A stretch of 64,000 bases of DNA from Candidatus Heimdallarchaeota archaeon (GCA_020353515.1 CP070695.1:409173-473172); one strand, 5' to 3'. Counted from the first letter of the stretch, positions 41,462 to 50,850 are shown. The notes: a model not told the origin generated them from the sequence alone. Made by a program: numbers and translations.

Positions 41462-42207
41462 ATGAAGTCAAAATTATCAAGGGGTCTGACATCCCTCCTC
41501 CCCCTGGAAAACCGAGAATTATTCGTCCCAGTAGGAATCTCCTCTGGAAAAATTATTTGTTGTATATTTTAGTATTCATCATTTTCACCGCCGTATTGTT
41601 GATCATCTTTGCGCTTTTTGGATTCTGGTTGGGATCTGAACTTCCAGAACCACAAACGAGGGTATTATATGAGGCTTTTTTCTGGATGGGGGTCATTTAC
41701 ATGGCAATTTGGTTTGGAATCACTATTGCTTATCTTGTAGGGATGCGTCTATACGTAAAATCTATGTTATTCATCGTTCACGGTCATGAAATCGTGGTTC
41801 ACAAAGGAATAATTAATAAATCCGAGAAACATGTTCCCTATAGAACAGTAACGAATATCAACATGAAAACTGGTCCTTTCGACCGATTATTTGGTATAGG
41901 TACAATTGAAATCCAAACTGCTGGGGGTAAAGGTTATTCTCTTGATGAGACTGCAGAAGAGAAATTAGAAGGGATTAAAGTTTACCGTGAAGTAAGAGAC
42001 TATATATTGACTCAATTAAGACAATTCCAAGCAGCTTATGGAACAGTTGTTACGAAAGAAGAGGAAGCACCTATACAACCTATTCCTGACCAAATGCTCC
42101 TAGAATTGAAAGAAATTAAAAATGTTTTAACTACTCGATTAGAAAGAATGGAAGCAAAATTGGAAGAAATGAATAAACAATTAGAAAAGAATCAAAAACC
42201 CTATTAA
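41458..42207 (+). CDS. bPH_2 membrane protein
   Basis: Two TMs; HKGIINKSEKHVPYRTVTNINMKTGPFDRLFGIGTIEIQTAG; closest to 7613..8293; ATGA overlap with the regulator. Confidence 0.85.
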   Translation: MNEVKIIKGSDIPPPPGKPRIIRPSRNLLWKNYLLYILVFIIFTAVLLIIFALFGFWLGSELPEPQTRVLYEAFFWMGVIYMAIWFGITIAYLVGMRLYVKSMLFIVHGHEIVVHKGIINKSEKHVPYRTVTNINMKTGPFDRLFGIGTIEIQTAGGKGYSLDETAEEKLEGIKVYREVRDYILTQLRQFQAAYGTVVTKEEEAPIQPIPDQMLLELKEIKNVLTTRLERMEAKLEEMNKQLEKNQKPY

Positions 42208-42238
42208 GCAGCCATTTTATTACTATTTGGTGGAATTA

Positions 42239-42340
42239 ATGGACATCTGGCTACAAATAATGCTGATAGTGTTTGGATTATTCATCATTGGATTATTTGT
42301 AGTATTTTTTATGAGATTTATTAAATGGATAACAAAATAG
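42239..42340 (+). CDS. 33-aa single-TM micropeptide, FxKx(V/I)T family (not in ORF track)
   Basis: MDIWLQIMLIVFGLFIIGLFVVFFMRFIKWITK; GGTGG RBS upstream. Confidence 0.7.
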   Translation: MDIWLQIMLIVFGLFIIGLFVVFFMRFIKWITK

Positions 42341-42361
42341 TTTGAACCTGTTGGTAGAAAC

Positions 42362-42463
42362 ATGTTAGAACCATTTCCAATCATTCTAATCGTAGCTCTT
42401 TTAGGATTATTGTTATTGTTTATTGCCCTTTTCATTAGATTTCTTAAGAAAGTTACGAGCTAG
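42362..42463 (+). CDS. 33-aa single-TM micropeptide, FxKx(V/I)T family (not in ORF track)
   Basis: MLEPFPIILIVALLGLLLLFIALFIRFLKKVTS; GGTAG upstream; tandem with the previous peptide. Confidence 0.7.
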   Translation: MLEPFPIILIVALLGLLLLFIALFIRFLKKVTS

Positions 42464-42757
42464 TGATCTTACTAGGTAACATAATGGAGTTAATTTCAGG
42501 GAGCGAAACACCAGAATAAAGACTCAACTTAACTTCAATCAATAACATCAAAGAAACAGTTGATTTTGCGTCTATTGCAAGTTTGATGTCTAAATTCACG
42601 GTTATAAAAGGTGTAATCTCACTTTTAACCAATAATGGGAGAAATATGATGAAAATGTTGTACTCCACAATCAAACTTATTATAACGATTGTTGTTCAGG
42701 CAAAATTTCTTCAGCTATCGAATCATTAATATAAATTCACAAGCAATCTTTCCTCTG

Positions 42758-43642
42758 ATGATATTGCAACATAAATTATTCATTCTCTTCCTTATAATCT
42801 TCTTTTACCCAAGCGTTATTCCTTGTATTAGTCAAAATAATGACCAAGGTCCCACATCTTTGAGATGGCATGAAAATCTCAAAATAGATACTATTTTAGG
42901 TTGGAAAATCACAGAATTAACTCTCCTAGATGTTCCTCATTTTAAAATTGGAGAGATGAAGATTTATCCTTATGATGTAGTTCAAATTGGGCTTGTTAGA
43001 GATCCACCAGTTGAAGCAAAAGATTTTTTTGGACTTGAATACCTAATCTATAATTACAATCCGCCAATTTGGATTAATTTCTTCGTAGAATCTATCCGAA
43101 TTGATCTAGAACTCGCACAAGTTGACCTTGAAATAGGTAAAAAAACAGAATTTACCTTTTTGCAGTTGTTCGCTCTACCAATTGAATATGTTTTTGAAAA
43201 TGGGAGTTCATCCTCTCTTGACTATTTCTTGGATGTCTTCGGGACAGTTATATTTGACTTGCAAGATTATTCTGTAACTCAAGATAATAGGTCATTTATT
43301 GTTGAATGGAATACTGGTATAGATACCAATAAAACGAGTTATTCTTATACAATTTCTCGAACAACTGGAGTCACAACACGATTTTCTTGGAATACATCTG
43401 AGTTTAGAATGGTTTGGGATTATTTTTTTGAAGCGACTAATCTCAATCTCGACGGTGAGCTTAAAAATCTTGATGATCGTTATTCTGTTCAACTGATATA
43501 CCCAGTAACAACTCCATGGGAATTAGTAATATTTGCTTTTCTGATAATAGTTCCACTAGCGCTTCTAGTGATAATAAAAACAATAAAACGATTTGAGAAG
43601 AAGTTTCCTTACGAAGATCTCGTTGATTCTGAAATAGAGTAA
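42758..43642 (+). CDS. Hypothetical exported protein with C-terminal TM anchor
   Basis: Signal-like segment from ATG 42758 (ORF track starts at 42689); C-terminal TM followed by basic residues. Confidence 0.65.
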   Translation: MILQHKLFILFLIIFFYPSVIPCISQNNDQGPTSLRWHENLKIDTILGWKITELTLLDVPHFKIGEMKIYPYDVVQIGLVRDPPVEAKDFFGLEYLIYNYNPPIWINFFVESIRIDLELAQVDLEIGKKTEFTFLQLFALPIEYVFENGSSSSLDYFLDVFGTVIFDLQDYSVTQDNRSFIVEWNTGIDTNKTSYSYTISRTTGVTTRFSWNTSEFRMVWDYFFEATNLNLDGELKNLDDRYSVQLIYPVTTPWELVIFAFLIIVPLALLVIIKTIKRFEKKFPYEDLVDSEIE

Positions 43643-43765
43643 ATAATTTCCAATACCGAGGAGTCCAGCTTACCTTCACAAATCTCACCATTCCTAATAT
43701 TGGCCATTTTATAATCCGACAATTTCTCTAACAAGTTGTGCTTATGTCTTCAGAATAGGATATTA

Positions 43766-44821
43766 CTAGGTAAAAATTGCTTTAGAACGGAAATCATTCT
43801 TACAGGGACTTCCAGCACATACTTCCAGCTCATCATTTCCTAATATAGCAATCCAGGAATACAATGTGCTTACTAAATCTTCTTCTTTACGATCTCCATT
43901 CTCGGTATAGATAACTCCCTTAATGTGATCGCAAACCCCATATTTGTGGTCTCTTAAAATCGATTTAATTGAATCTATAGATATTGGCTTTTTCTGGCTT
44001 TTGTACCAATTTGATATTCCTTCAAGGCGTGTAAGAGTGGTATGGGCATTGGCGTCTGTTATTTGATTCTCTAAATCCTTCATTTCCTCTGATTGAAAAT
44101 GATTAGTTGCGATGAGAAATTCATCTTGAGCAAAAGTAGTAAAAACCTTGTAAGGAGTTGCTTCAACCCGTGCACTCATTCCACTTCTGTCTGCGAGAAG
44201 ATAGATATTCCCTTCACAGAGTGGAACTTTTTCAAGAAATTTTACTGCTTTTTCTACATTTTTAAAACTATCAAGTATCCATCTTATTGCCATACTTAAC
44301 ATAATTCCAGGTTTAAGATCCCCATTATAATACGCAGCAGTAGCACATCCACACGCTAATCCTGTTTCGTTAACACCCCCAAAACCACCAACATAATGAT
44401 CAGTAAATAACACATTTCTCATTTTATTTTGAGGAGAAATATAATGCATAGTAAAATATTCCTTGACTTCTGTTGACCAATCATAATTTCTAGCCATCAC
44501 AGGTTTTCCACTCTCAGAGTGTTTCCCAGGAACAGTAAACACTGTACAATGCTGATCTGAGGCAGTAGAAAAGCTCTTTATGTATGACTGATCATAGAGA
44601 ATAATTGCATTAAGTCGAGCCTTATCAAGATTAGCTGCGTCGGAAATACCTTGAAGTTCTTCTAACAACCCTGGCGTAAATTCCTCCATTGCATCCTCAC
44701 AACCAGCTGCCCATTCCAATTTTTTGGCGTCAGCTTCTGGAAGATGGAGTTTTCCTTGAATCATCTTACCTAAATGGGTCCCCAATTCATAGTAAGAACC
44801 CGCTAATTTTACATTTTTCAT
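43766..44821 (-). CDS. C45 family autoproteolytic acyltransferase/peptidase (Ntn hydrolase)
   Basis: GSYYELG, EELQGIS, H-CT nucleophile, ARNYDW, GVNETGL, TNHF, GSPC. Confidence 0.88.
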   Translation of the reverse strand: MKNVKLAGSYYELGTHLGKMIQGKLHLPEADAKKLEWAAGCEDAMEEFTPGLLEELQGISDAANLDKARLNAIILYDQSYIKSFSTASDQHCTVFTVPGKHSESGKPVMARNYDWSTEVKEYFTMHYISPQNKMRNVLFTDHYVGGFGGVNETGLACGCATAAYYNGDLKPGIMLSMAIRWILDSFKNVEKAVKFLEKVPLCEGNIYLLADRSGMSARVEATPYKVFTTFAQDEFLIATNHFQSEEMKDLENQITDANAHTTLTRLEGISNWYKSQKKPISIDSIKSILRDHKYGVCDHIKGVIYTENGDRKEEDLVSTLYSWIAILGNDELEVCAGSPCKNDFRSKAIFT

Positions 44822-45258
44822 GAATAATTTACTCCTACGTCTTGATTTCTATTTAACTTCCGTAAATTTCTTTAATAGAGATTATATATATGAATTAAGT
44901 TTTTTTATGGTCTTGTTGCGAATTAGTATTCCTATCACATTAATAACGGTGGGAAAAATTAATGAGAGGAATGATTACAATGGGGATTGACTTAGATTAA
45001 TAAATATTTCTCTAGTGGCAATAAATTGAATATAGAAGCAAATAAAAAGATTCTCTCTGTAAGCTATTGAACGGGGTTCTTATTCAAAATAAAATAAGCA
45101 TGTAGCTCTATTAAAAAGATTTGGAATGTTAATGATTATAGTATGAATATATTACGATTTAAATATGTACGAATTATAACTAGAATGTAGTTACGTCTTT
45201 TTAAAACCTCAAAAAAATTTAAGGAGAAGTGACTAAACAAAAAAAACAAGGATTAGAT

Positions 45259-46011
45259 TTAAGATTCATTTAGTTCAAAGTTGAGATGCAGGCAAATCTT
45301 ATTCATGTATACTGGCCCAAAGATGATATAAATACAAAAAAATGAAAAAACACACAATACAGTCCAAAAATTTGACAAGATAAAGAAAGAACCTATTATT
45401 AAGTAGCCAATCCCACGAAGGAATTTAAAAAAGGAAGAATAGGAAATATGGGAGGGATACTTAAGGTGTGTTATCATTAACAGACTAATTGCTATTATAA
45501 TAAGCACGATAATAATTCTGTTGTTGAAAAGAAAGCTTAATTCCGAAGGGGTCGTCATTATAAGGACGATCAAAGAGCCAACGACCAATGCTGCTATAGA
45601 TGTTGGTAATCCTTCAAAGTAGGTTTTTGGGGAATTTCTTACAAAACGGATGAGCCGATAACTACCACAGATCATATAGAATAACGAAACCAGAAGAATA
45701 AATCCATCCATCCATTGTGGATCTGATGGACTATTTTGCTCTGAAAAAATTAAGAAAAATGAAGGTACACATACGTAAGTAATGGCATCAGCAATACTGT
45801 CCATATATGCTCCATAAAGAGAGTATTGTTGAGATCTTTTCGCAAAGTACCCATCCAAGAAGTCAAATCCAGCTCCTATTATTATCATCTTAAGAGGCCA
45901 AAAAATGTCCCCAATAATAGCATAATAGATACCCAGAATTCCAGCAATGCCATTTAAACAGGTAAATGCGAATGAAATGTATTTATAGACCCTTTTTTGG
46001 CTTCTGGACAT
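45259..46011 (-). CDS. pssA: CDP-alcohol phosphatidyltransferase, PssA/archaetidylserine synthase-like
   Basis: FDFLDGYFAKR..GAYMDSIADAITY (DxxDGxxAR..GxxxDxxxD), RLIRF, YFEGLPT, LMIT..YP. Confidence 0.75.
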   Translation of the reverse strand: MSRSQKRVYKYISFAFTCLNGIAGILGIYYAIIGDIFWPLKMIIIGAGFDFLDGYFAKRSQQYSLYGAYMDSIADAITYVCVPSFFLIFSEQNSPSDPQWMDGFILLVSLFYMICGSYRLIRFVRNSPKTYFEGLPTSIAALVVGSLIVLIMTTPSELSFLFNNRIIIVLIIIAISLLMITHLKYPSHISYSSFFKFLRGIGYLIIGSFFILSNFWTVLCVFSFFCIYIIFGPVYMNKICLHLNFELNES

Positions 46012-46025
46012 TTGAAAAAACCAGT

Positions 46026-47003
46026 TTATCCTTTATCATCGTTTAATAGAATAAATGAAGAGTGAAAATCTAAATTGTTCTGAATCAAGTCAGGATCATT
46101 TGTCGTGGAGTACAAGATAAACTTTCGCAGAAAAAAAAGGAACTTTGGAAAGCCTAGGAATTGTGATAAAAGACTTGGACTCAAAGTAAAAACAAGTGTG
46201 TTGATTTGTGGATAAGTATGAAACAAAGTAGTAAAAATAGATCGAGTAATTGAAGGTTGTACTTCTCGCTCATCAAAAGGAATCGATAAATATCGTATTT
46301 GCAGAGTTTTTAGTAAAATTGGGAATTTGTGAATAAATCTCCCCTGTGTTGGATGTATTGGTCGTGAAACTTGAAGTATGCAAATCAACTGTTTTCTAAA
46401 GTAAAATGAGAACCATTCTGGAGAAGTATCCCATGAAAAATGGGGTACCCAATATTTCTTATGTTTTTTCACATGATATCTCAATAGTTTTGGAATTGTA
46501 TGAGATTTTACAATTTCCAGAGGTTTAGGCTTTTTAATTCTTGGAAAAGTGAAGTATCGGAAAAGAACAGCCCCAGATACGTTTACACCTGGAAATAGCT
46601 TCAGTTTGTTTGCTAATAGTCTCATTCTTGTATTCTTAGACTCAATTAAGAAAAAACGATGGACTTCTTCAGAAAGAAGTTTCTTCCTATAATATTCCTC
46701 AATTTGTCTGAAAATTCCTTTATTTTGCCATGATGGATGAACCTTTATGTTATGAACCCAGAAAAATCGTTGTTTTAATAATACACCGTTTTGGAAGATT
46801 TTTATAGGATGGGCCCACATTTGACCTATTATTTCTTTATTACTACGAGCCACAACAGCCTTTACGCCATCTGTTAATATCCATCGTTTATACTCGTTAC
46901 TAGAGATAATGGGAGCCACTTTTTTGCGGTAGATGGAATAATCATTGTACTGAAGAGCAGGAATATCGGTAACTGAAATGTCTGATGTTATTTTTACCGT
47001 CAT
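46026..47003 (-). CDS. GNAT family N-acyltransferase (extended)
   Basis: IKVHPSWQNKGIF acetyl-CoA-binding motif A; long basic C-terminal region. Confidence 0.7.
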   Translation of the reverse strand: MTVKITSDISVTDIPALQYNDYSIYRKKVAPIISSNEYKRWILTDGVKAVVARSNKEIIGQMWAHPIKIFQNGVLLKQRFFWVHNIKVHPSWQNKGIFRQIEEYYRKKLLSEEVHRFFLIESKNTRMRLLANKLKLFPGVNVSGAVLFRYFTFPRIKKPKPLEIVKSHTIPKLLRYHVKKHKKYWVPHFSWDTSPEWFSFYFRKQLICILQVSRPIHPTQGRFIHKFPILLKTLQIRYLSIPFDEREVQPSITRSIFTTLFHTYPQINTLVFTLSPSLLSQFLGFPKFLFFLRKFILYSTTNDPDLIQNNLDFHSSFILLNDDKG

Positions 47004-47113
47004 TGAGCGTCCCCTCTGAATTATCCTTTATTTTCCATCATAATAACTTTTTCTACCTTAACGACCTTCTCTTTCACTTAAAATTAATTATTTAAGTAAT
47101 TAATTCCGAACTT

Positions 47114-47689
47114 ATGTATCCTCAGTTTAAGTCAAGGAACCGAAAAATGAATACTTCTCAGAAAATAAAAATTGCTCTGGGCTGCTTTTTCCTAATTTTA
47201 ATATATTTTTCAGCAATGAATTTAATTTATTTCGCTCCTATTCCTTATTCAACAACGGAAGGAAGCTTTTCATTAGCAGCCACGGAAGATTTAATCATCT
47301 ATGAAAAATGGGCGAGAAAAGTTACTGTAGAAATCGAATTGGTTTCAGGAGGCCCATTACTACTGATCCATACTGTAATAAGTGATGATATTACAGACGA
47401 AATCGCTAAAGAAGGAAAATTTCAGGATCAATTTCAGACGTGGAGGATTACACTTAGTACCTGGGGAACTACCGCTATAAATGCCACTGGTACTTACAAA
47501 ATTATTGATCATACTTCCCCTCTCCTACCAAAACCAAAAAATAATTATGTTTCAACAATTGAGATATACCTTCAATTTATGTTTCTTGCATCAATTATGT
47601 TGATGGGATTCTTGTTAGTTATTTCTACAATAATTGGGCTTTTCCACATACTTAAAGAGAAACATAATATTAATTCGATGAAGAAATAG
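47114..47689 (+). CDS. Hypothetical membrane protein (N- and C-terminal TM)
   Basis: Two hydrophobic segments flanking a beta-rich loop. Confidence 0.6.
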   Translation: MYPQFKSRNRKMNTSQKIKIALGCFFLILIYFSAMNLIYFAPIPYSTTEGSFSLAATEDLIIYEKWARKVTVEIELVSGGPLLLIHTVISDDITDEIAKEGKFQDQFQTWRITLSTWGTTAINATGTYKIIDHTSPLLPKPKNNYVSTIEIYLQFMFLASIMLMGFLLVISTIIGLFHILKEKHNINSMKK

Positions 47690-47725
47690 TTGAAATTTTG
47701 ATTATTTACTCACATATCTAATTAA

Positions 47726-49312
47726 TTAGGGTCTTGTGTTTTGGGTTAAATCTCTTATTTTGATAGCTTCTCGCAAATATTCTTTAATTTCAATAAAAGC
47801 GATGCGTTCCTGTAAGGAAGCATTTCTATCAACTAAAGCTTGCCATTTATTTAATTCTTTTTTTAAAGTTAATTGTTCAGATTTGACCTGATTAATCAAA
47901 TTTATAAGTTTTTTTTCTTCAGCAATCTCATGAGCTTGTTCTAATAGTTCCAAGGCGCTGTTAATATCACCCTCAATTGTGGCAAGTTTTGCCTGTAAAA
48001 CTAAAGTCTTTATGAGGTCAGGAGTGAATTGCCAAGTATGTGTCAACTTAATGAGCTTCTTTGATAAAGTAAGTACTTCTTGAAGAAGTGCCTCATCTTC
48101 AAATGTTTTTACTTCCTGTAATAACAAGTCGCAGAGATGAAGCATAGCTAAGAACCGTGTCCGCTGACTTGCACTATTATCTTCAAAGACTTCTTTCAAT
48201 AAGTCTTGTGCTTGAGCCTTTTCTTTAAAGCGTTTACTAGTTTTAAGAATCAGAGCTTTGGCTAATAGATATTTTGATCTGATGTCTGGACTTTTATCAA
48301 TTTGAATTTGAGTTTGAAGTTGAGCTAGATATTTACGCGCTTGATCAATCTTGTTTAAATCAAGATGGAGGAGGCATAAATTCCACAAAATTGCTGAAAG
48401 ATCTGAGAATACAATTATTTGCATTTCTCTAGCAACTGCTAAGCTTTGCGAGTAATAGTCTAATGCTTTTTCAAACTCCCCCTTACTATGATAAATAGAT
48501 CCTATTCCTGTTAATCCTCGTGTAATCCCTAAGACAGCATTAATTTTCTGAGCAATTTCTAACCCTTCCTGCATATACTTTAGAGCTAGATTTAAATCTC
48601 CCTGGATATGATAAATATTCCCTAGCTTAATTAGAGGGTATACTTGGGGATTTCTATTCCCTAAGTTTCTCCCAATCGCCAATGCTTTATTATGACAATC
48701 TATAGCTTGAGACCATTCGCCTAATCTCTCATAAACAACACTCATGTCATTGTAGAGAAGAAGCGCAAGAAGCTTTGTAGGAAACCATGGCTTCAAAGCC
48801 ACATCCAAACTTTGAGAATATAACTGTAAGACTAAGGGAAATGCTTCATACCCTCTACTGAAATGGAGATAAGCCTTTACTGTCCATAACCAAGCTTGAA
48901 AATATTGCGTTTTGATTTTTCTATCTTTAGATAATTCCTCTAGTGATGGATAGATGAGTTCCAGTTCATCCCATGCCTTCTGAGCAAGTTCCAGTTCCTC
49001 CAATGCTTCCTCGTGTTTTGCCTGGCTCTCCAAAATATATGCTTTTGTAGTTCGAGCAAAACTGTGATATAAAGGATTTTTTTGAGTCTTAATTATGATT
49101 TGTTCGATAAGAGGTTTAAATTGCTCGTAATCCCCAGAAGCCTGCCCAATTAGAAGAGCTCTAATCAATTCTCCCTCAAGCATGTCTTCGCCTTGCAGCG
49201 TTTCAATAGTAAGAAACGCTTCCTGGGACTTGCCATGATCAATGAGGCGGTAAAATGTCTTTAATCCCATATACTTATCCTCTAACTTGAGAAAATGAAT
49301 TTTTTGTTCCAA
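47726..49312 (-). CDS. Tetratricopeptide-repeat protein
   Basis: 40-aa TPR units (QGDLNLALKYMQEGL, KGEFEKALDYYSQSL); C-terminal region homologous to 34809..36464; true start may be the ATG at 49270. Confidence 0.88.
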   Translation of the reverse strand: MEQKIHFLKLEDKYMGLKTFYRLIDHGKSQEAFLTIETLQGEDMLEGELIRALLIGQASGDYEQFKPLIEQIIIKTQKNPLYHSFARTTKAYILESQAKHEEALEELELAQKAWDELELIYPSLEELSKDRKIKTQYFQAWLWTVKAYLHFSRGYEAFPLVLQLYSQSLDVALKPWFPTKLLALLLYNDMSVVYERLGEWSQAIDCHNKALAIGRNLGNRNPQVYPLIKLGNIYHIQGDLNLALKYMQEGLEIAQKINAVLGITRGLTGIGSIYHSKGEFEKALDYYSQSLAVAREMQIIVFSDLSAILWNLCLLHLDLNKIDQARKYLAQLQTQIQIDKSPDIRSKYLLAKALILKTSKRFKEKAQAQDLLKEVFEDNSASQRTRFLAMLHLCDLLLQEVKTFEDEALLQEVLTLSKKLIKLTHTWQFTPDLIKTLVLQAKLATIEGDINSALELLEQAHEIAEEKKLINLINQVKSEQLTLKKELNKWQALVDRNASLQERIAFIEIKEYLREAIKIRDLTQNTRP

Positions 49313-49411
49313 ATTCTCCTATGTTTTTTTCTCCTTCTTGAGTTCTATCCACATCCAAAAAAAGGGAATTAAAAATATATCTTCTATAAAAATGATACCT
49401 CTAAAGGAAGA

Positions 49412-49458
49412 TTTATAATATCGATGTAAAGGAACCTTTACGTAAAGGTTCCTTAACA
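49412..49458 (+). promoter_or_regulatory. TATA box plus tandem palindromic operator
   Basis: TTTATAATA, then TGTAAAGGAACCTTTACGTAAAGGTTCCTTAACA (49425-49458): two abutting GTAA-N8-TTAC-like 16-mers forming a near-perfect 34-bp palindrome. Confidence 0.85.
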
Positions 49459-49500
49459 TTTCATCATAAAACTCTATAAAATCACTGGTAGGAACGATCA

Positions 49501-49899
49501 ATGGCGTTTACTAAACGATGGAAGGCAGAATTAGGCATTTCTTTATTAATTTTCATTGAGTTTTTGGGAATCACACTGTGGGCTCTTTTAACAGATAGAA
49601 ATGATATCTTTTTTTCATGTGCTATACTCATGGGAATTGGATTAATCTTCACGTTAGTTAAGATATATGAGGCAAAATTCCAGAGTAGACGAGTGGATGA
49701 CGAAAGAATTGAAATGCTAACTGAGCAGGCTTATTTGATTTCCGCTATTGCTGGAATGATTATGCTTCCACAAATTGCTATTTACGAGATTTTTACTGGA
49801 ATTACCGTTAGTGCCCTGGACACATTTGTTATCGTAGCAAATACCTGCGTGATTGTTTTTCTTGTTGTTGAACTATTTCAGCAGTACTGGTTATCATAA
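49501..49899 (+). CDS. DUF2178-like four-TM membrane protein
   Basis: DDERIEMLTEQA motif between TM2 and TM3; adjacent XRE-HTH gene. Confidence 0.7.
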   Translation: MAFTKRWKAELGISLLIFIEFLGITLWALLTDRNDIFFSCAILMGIGLIFTLVKIYEAKFQSRRVDDERIEMLTEQAYLISAIAGMIMLPQIAIYEIFTGITVSALDTFVIVANTCVIVFLVVELFQQYWLS

Positions 49900-49907
49900 T
49901 AATCTCG

Positions 49908-50114
49908 GTGATGAGAATTAAAAACCGATTGAAAGAGTTGCGAAAAGAATACAACTTAACTCAAGAAGAGTTGGCGAACAAACTGAAAATCACCAGACAA
50001 ACCGTTATTGCTATTGAAAAAGGAAGATATAATCCTTCTCTTGGTCTTGCATTTAAGATCGCTCAACTATTCAAGTGTAAAATAGAAGATATATTCATTT
50101 TTGAAGAAAAATGA
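49908..50114 (+). CDS. XRE/Cro family HTH transcriptional regulator
   Basis: NRLKELRK..LTQEELANKLKITRQTVIAIEKGRYNPSLGLAFKIAQLF..IEDIF. Confidence 0.95.
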   Translation: MMRIKNRLKELRKEYNLTQEELANKLKITRQTVIAIEKGRYNPSLGLAFKIAQLFKCKIEDIFIFEEK

Positions 50115-50127
50115 TGAGGATAGGATA

Positions 50128-50850
50128 ATGTCAAGAGTTAACGATGCGCAGACTGCGTCAGAAGAGGAAAAAAACCAAATCAAGAATCAATCATCAAAAA
50201 GACATGAAAATGACAAAATAATGATTTTCACTATTGTTCTCGCTTCAGTTATGACCTTTCTACTTTATACCATTCCTGATTGGGTATTTCTTGAATATCC
50301 AATCAGAGATCTTGTTCAATTCATTCTCTCATTACTAGGTATTGTTAGTGAGCCTATACCCCAGAATGGACAATTCATAATACCAATAGAACTTCGTGGA
50401 GGTTCATTCCCCTTTCTAGAGGCAACAGAACAAACTCCAGGGGTACTGATTCCAGTCACCCAAGGACGTTATTATATCACAAAAACTTGTACTGCGATGC
50501 AGGCTGGCTCATTCCTGATAGGAATAATCGCTGTAACTGAAACCTCAAGAAGTTCAAAATTAAAAGCTATTTTATTAACCTTTATTACATTATTCTTTAT
50601 GAATGTTCTCAGGATAACGTTTCATTTCTGGTCTGTAACATTATTAGTTCAACATTTCCATCTAGACCACGAAACTGCTTTCTTTTGGGGACATGACATC
50701 TCTTCAAAAATACTGGGATTTATAGGAACAATTCTACTTGCGTTGTTAGTTGAACAAATGGATGTCCCAATTATTGACCAATTTGCAGATTGGTTAGATT
50801 ATTTCTGGTGGCGTGGAAATACTTTAATCGCGAAACTTATTAGAAACTGA
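50128..50850 (+). CDS. Exosortase/archaeosortase family protein
   Basis: Multi-TM protein with Cys-Arg-His triad: YITKTCTAMQ, FMNVLRIT, WGHD; start moved to ATG 50128 behind GAGGATAGGA. Confidence 0.8.
   Translation: MSRVNDAQTASEEEKNQIKNQSSKRHENDKIMIFTIVLASVMTFLLYTIPDWVFLEYPIRDLVQFILSLLGIVSEPIPQNGQFIIPIELRGGSFPFLEATEQTPGVLIPVTQGRYYITKTCTAMQAGSFLIGIIAVTETSRSSKLKAILLTFITLFFMNVLRITFHFWSVTLLVQHFHLDHETAFFWGHDISSKILGFIGTILLALLVEQMDVPIIDQFADWLDYFWWRGNTLIAKLIRN

Noticed and set aside
42223-42674. Minus-strand ORFs 42223..42435 and 42453..42674
   Set aside because: The first is the antisense shadow of the two micropeptides; the second has no RBS or recognisable features.
44822-45258. 437-bp AT-rich gap as an ncRNA or small gene
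   Set aside because: No convincing stem-loops, tRNA features or RBS-led ORF visible.
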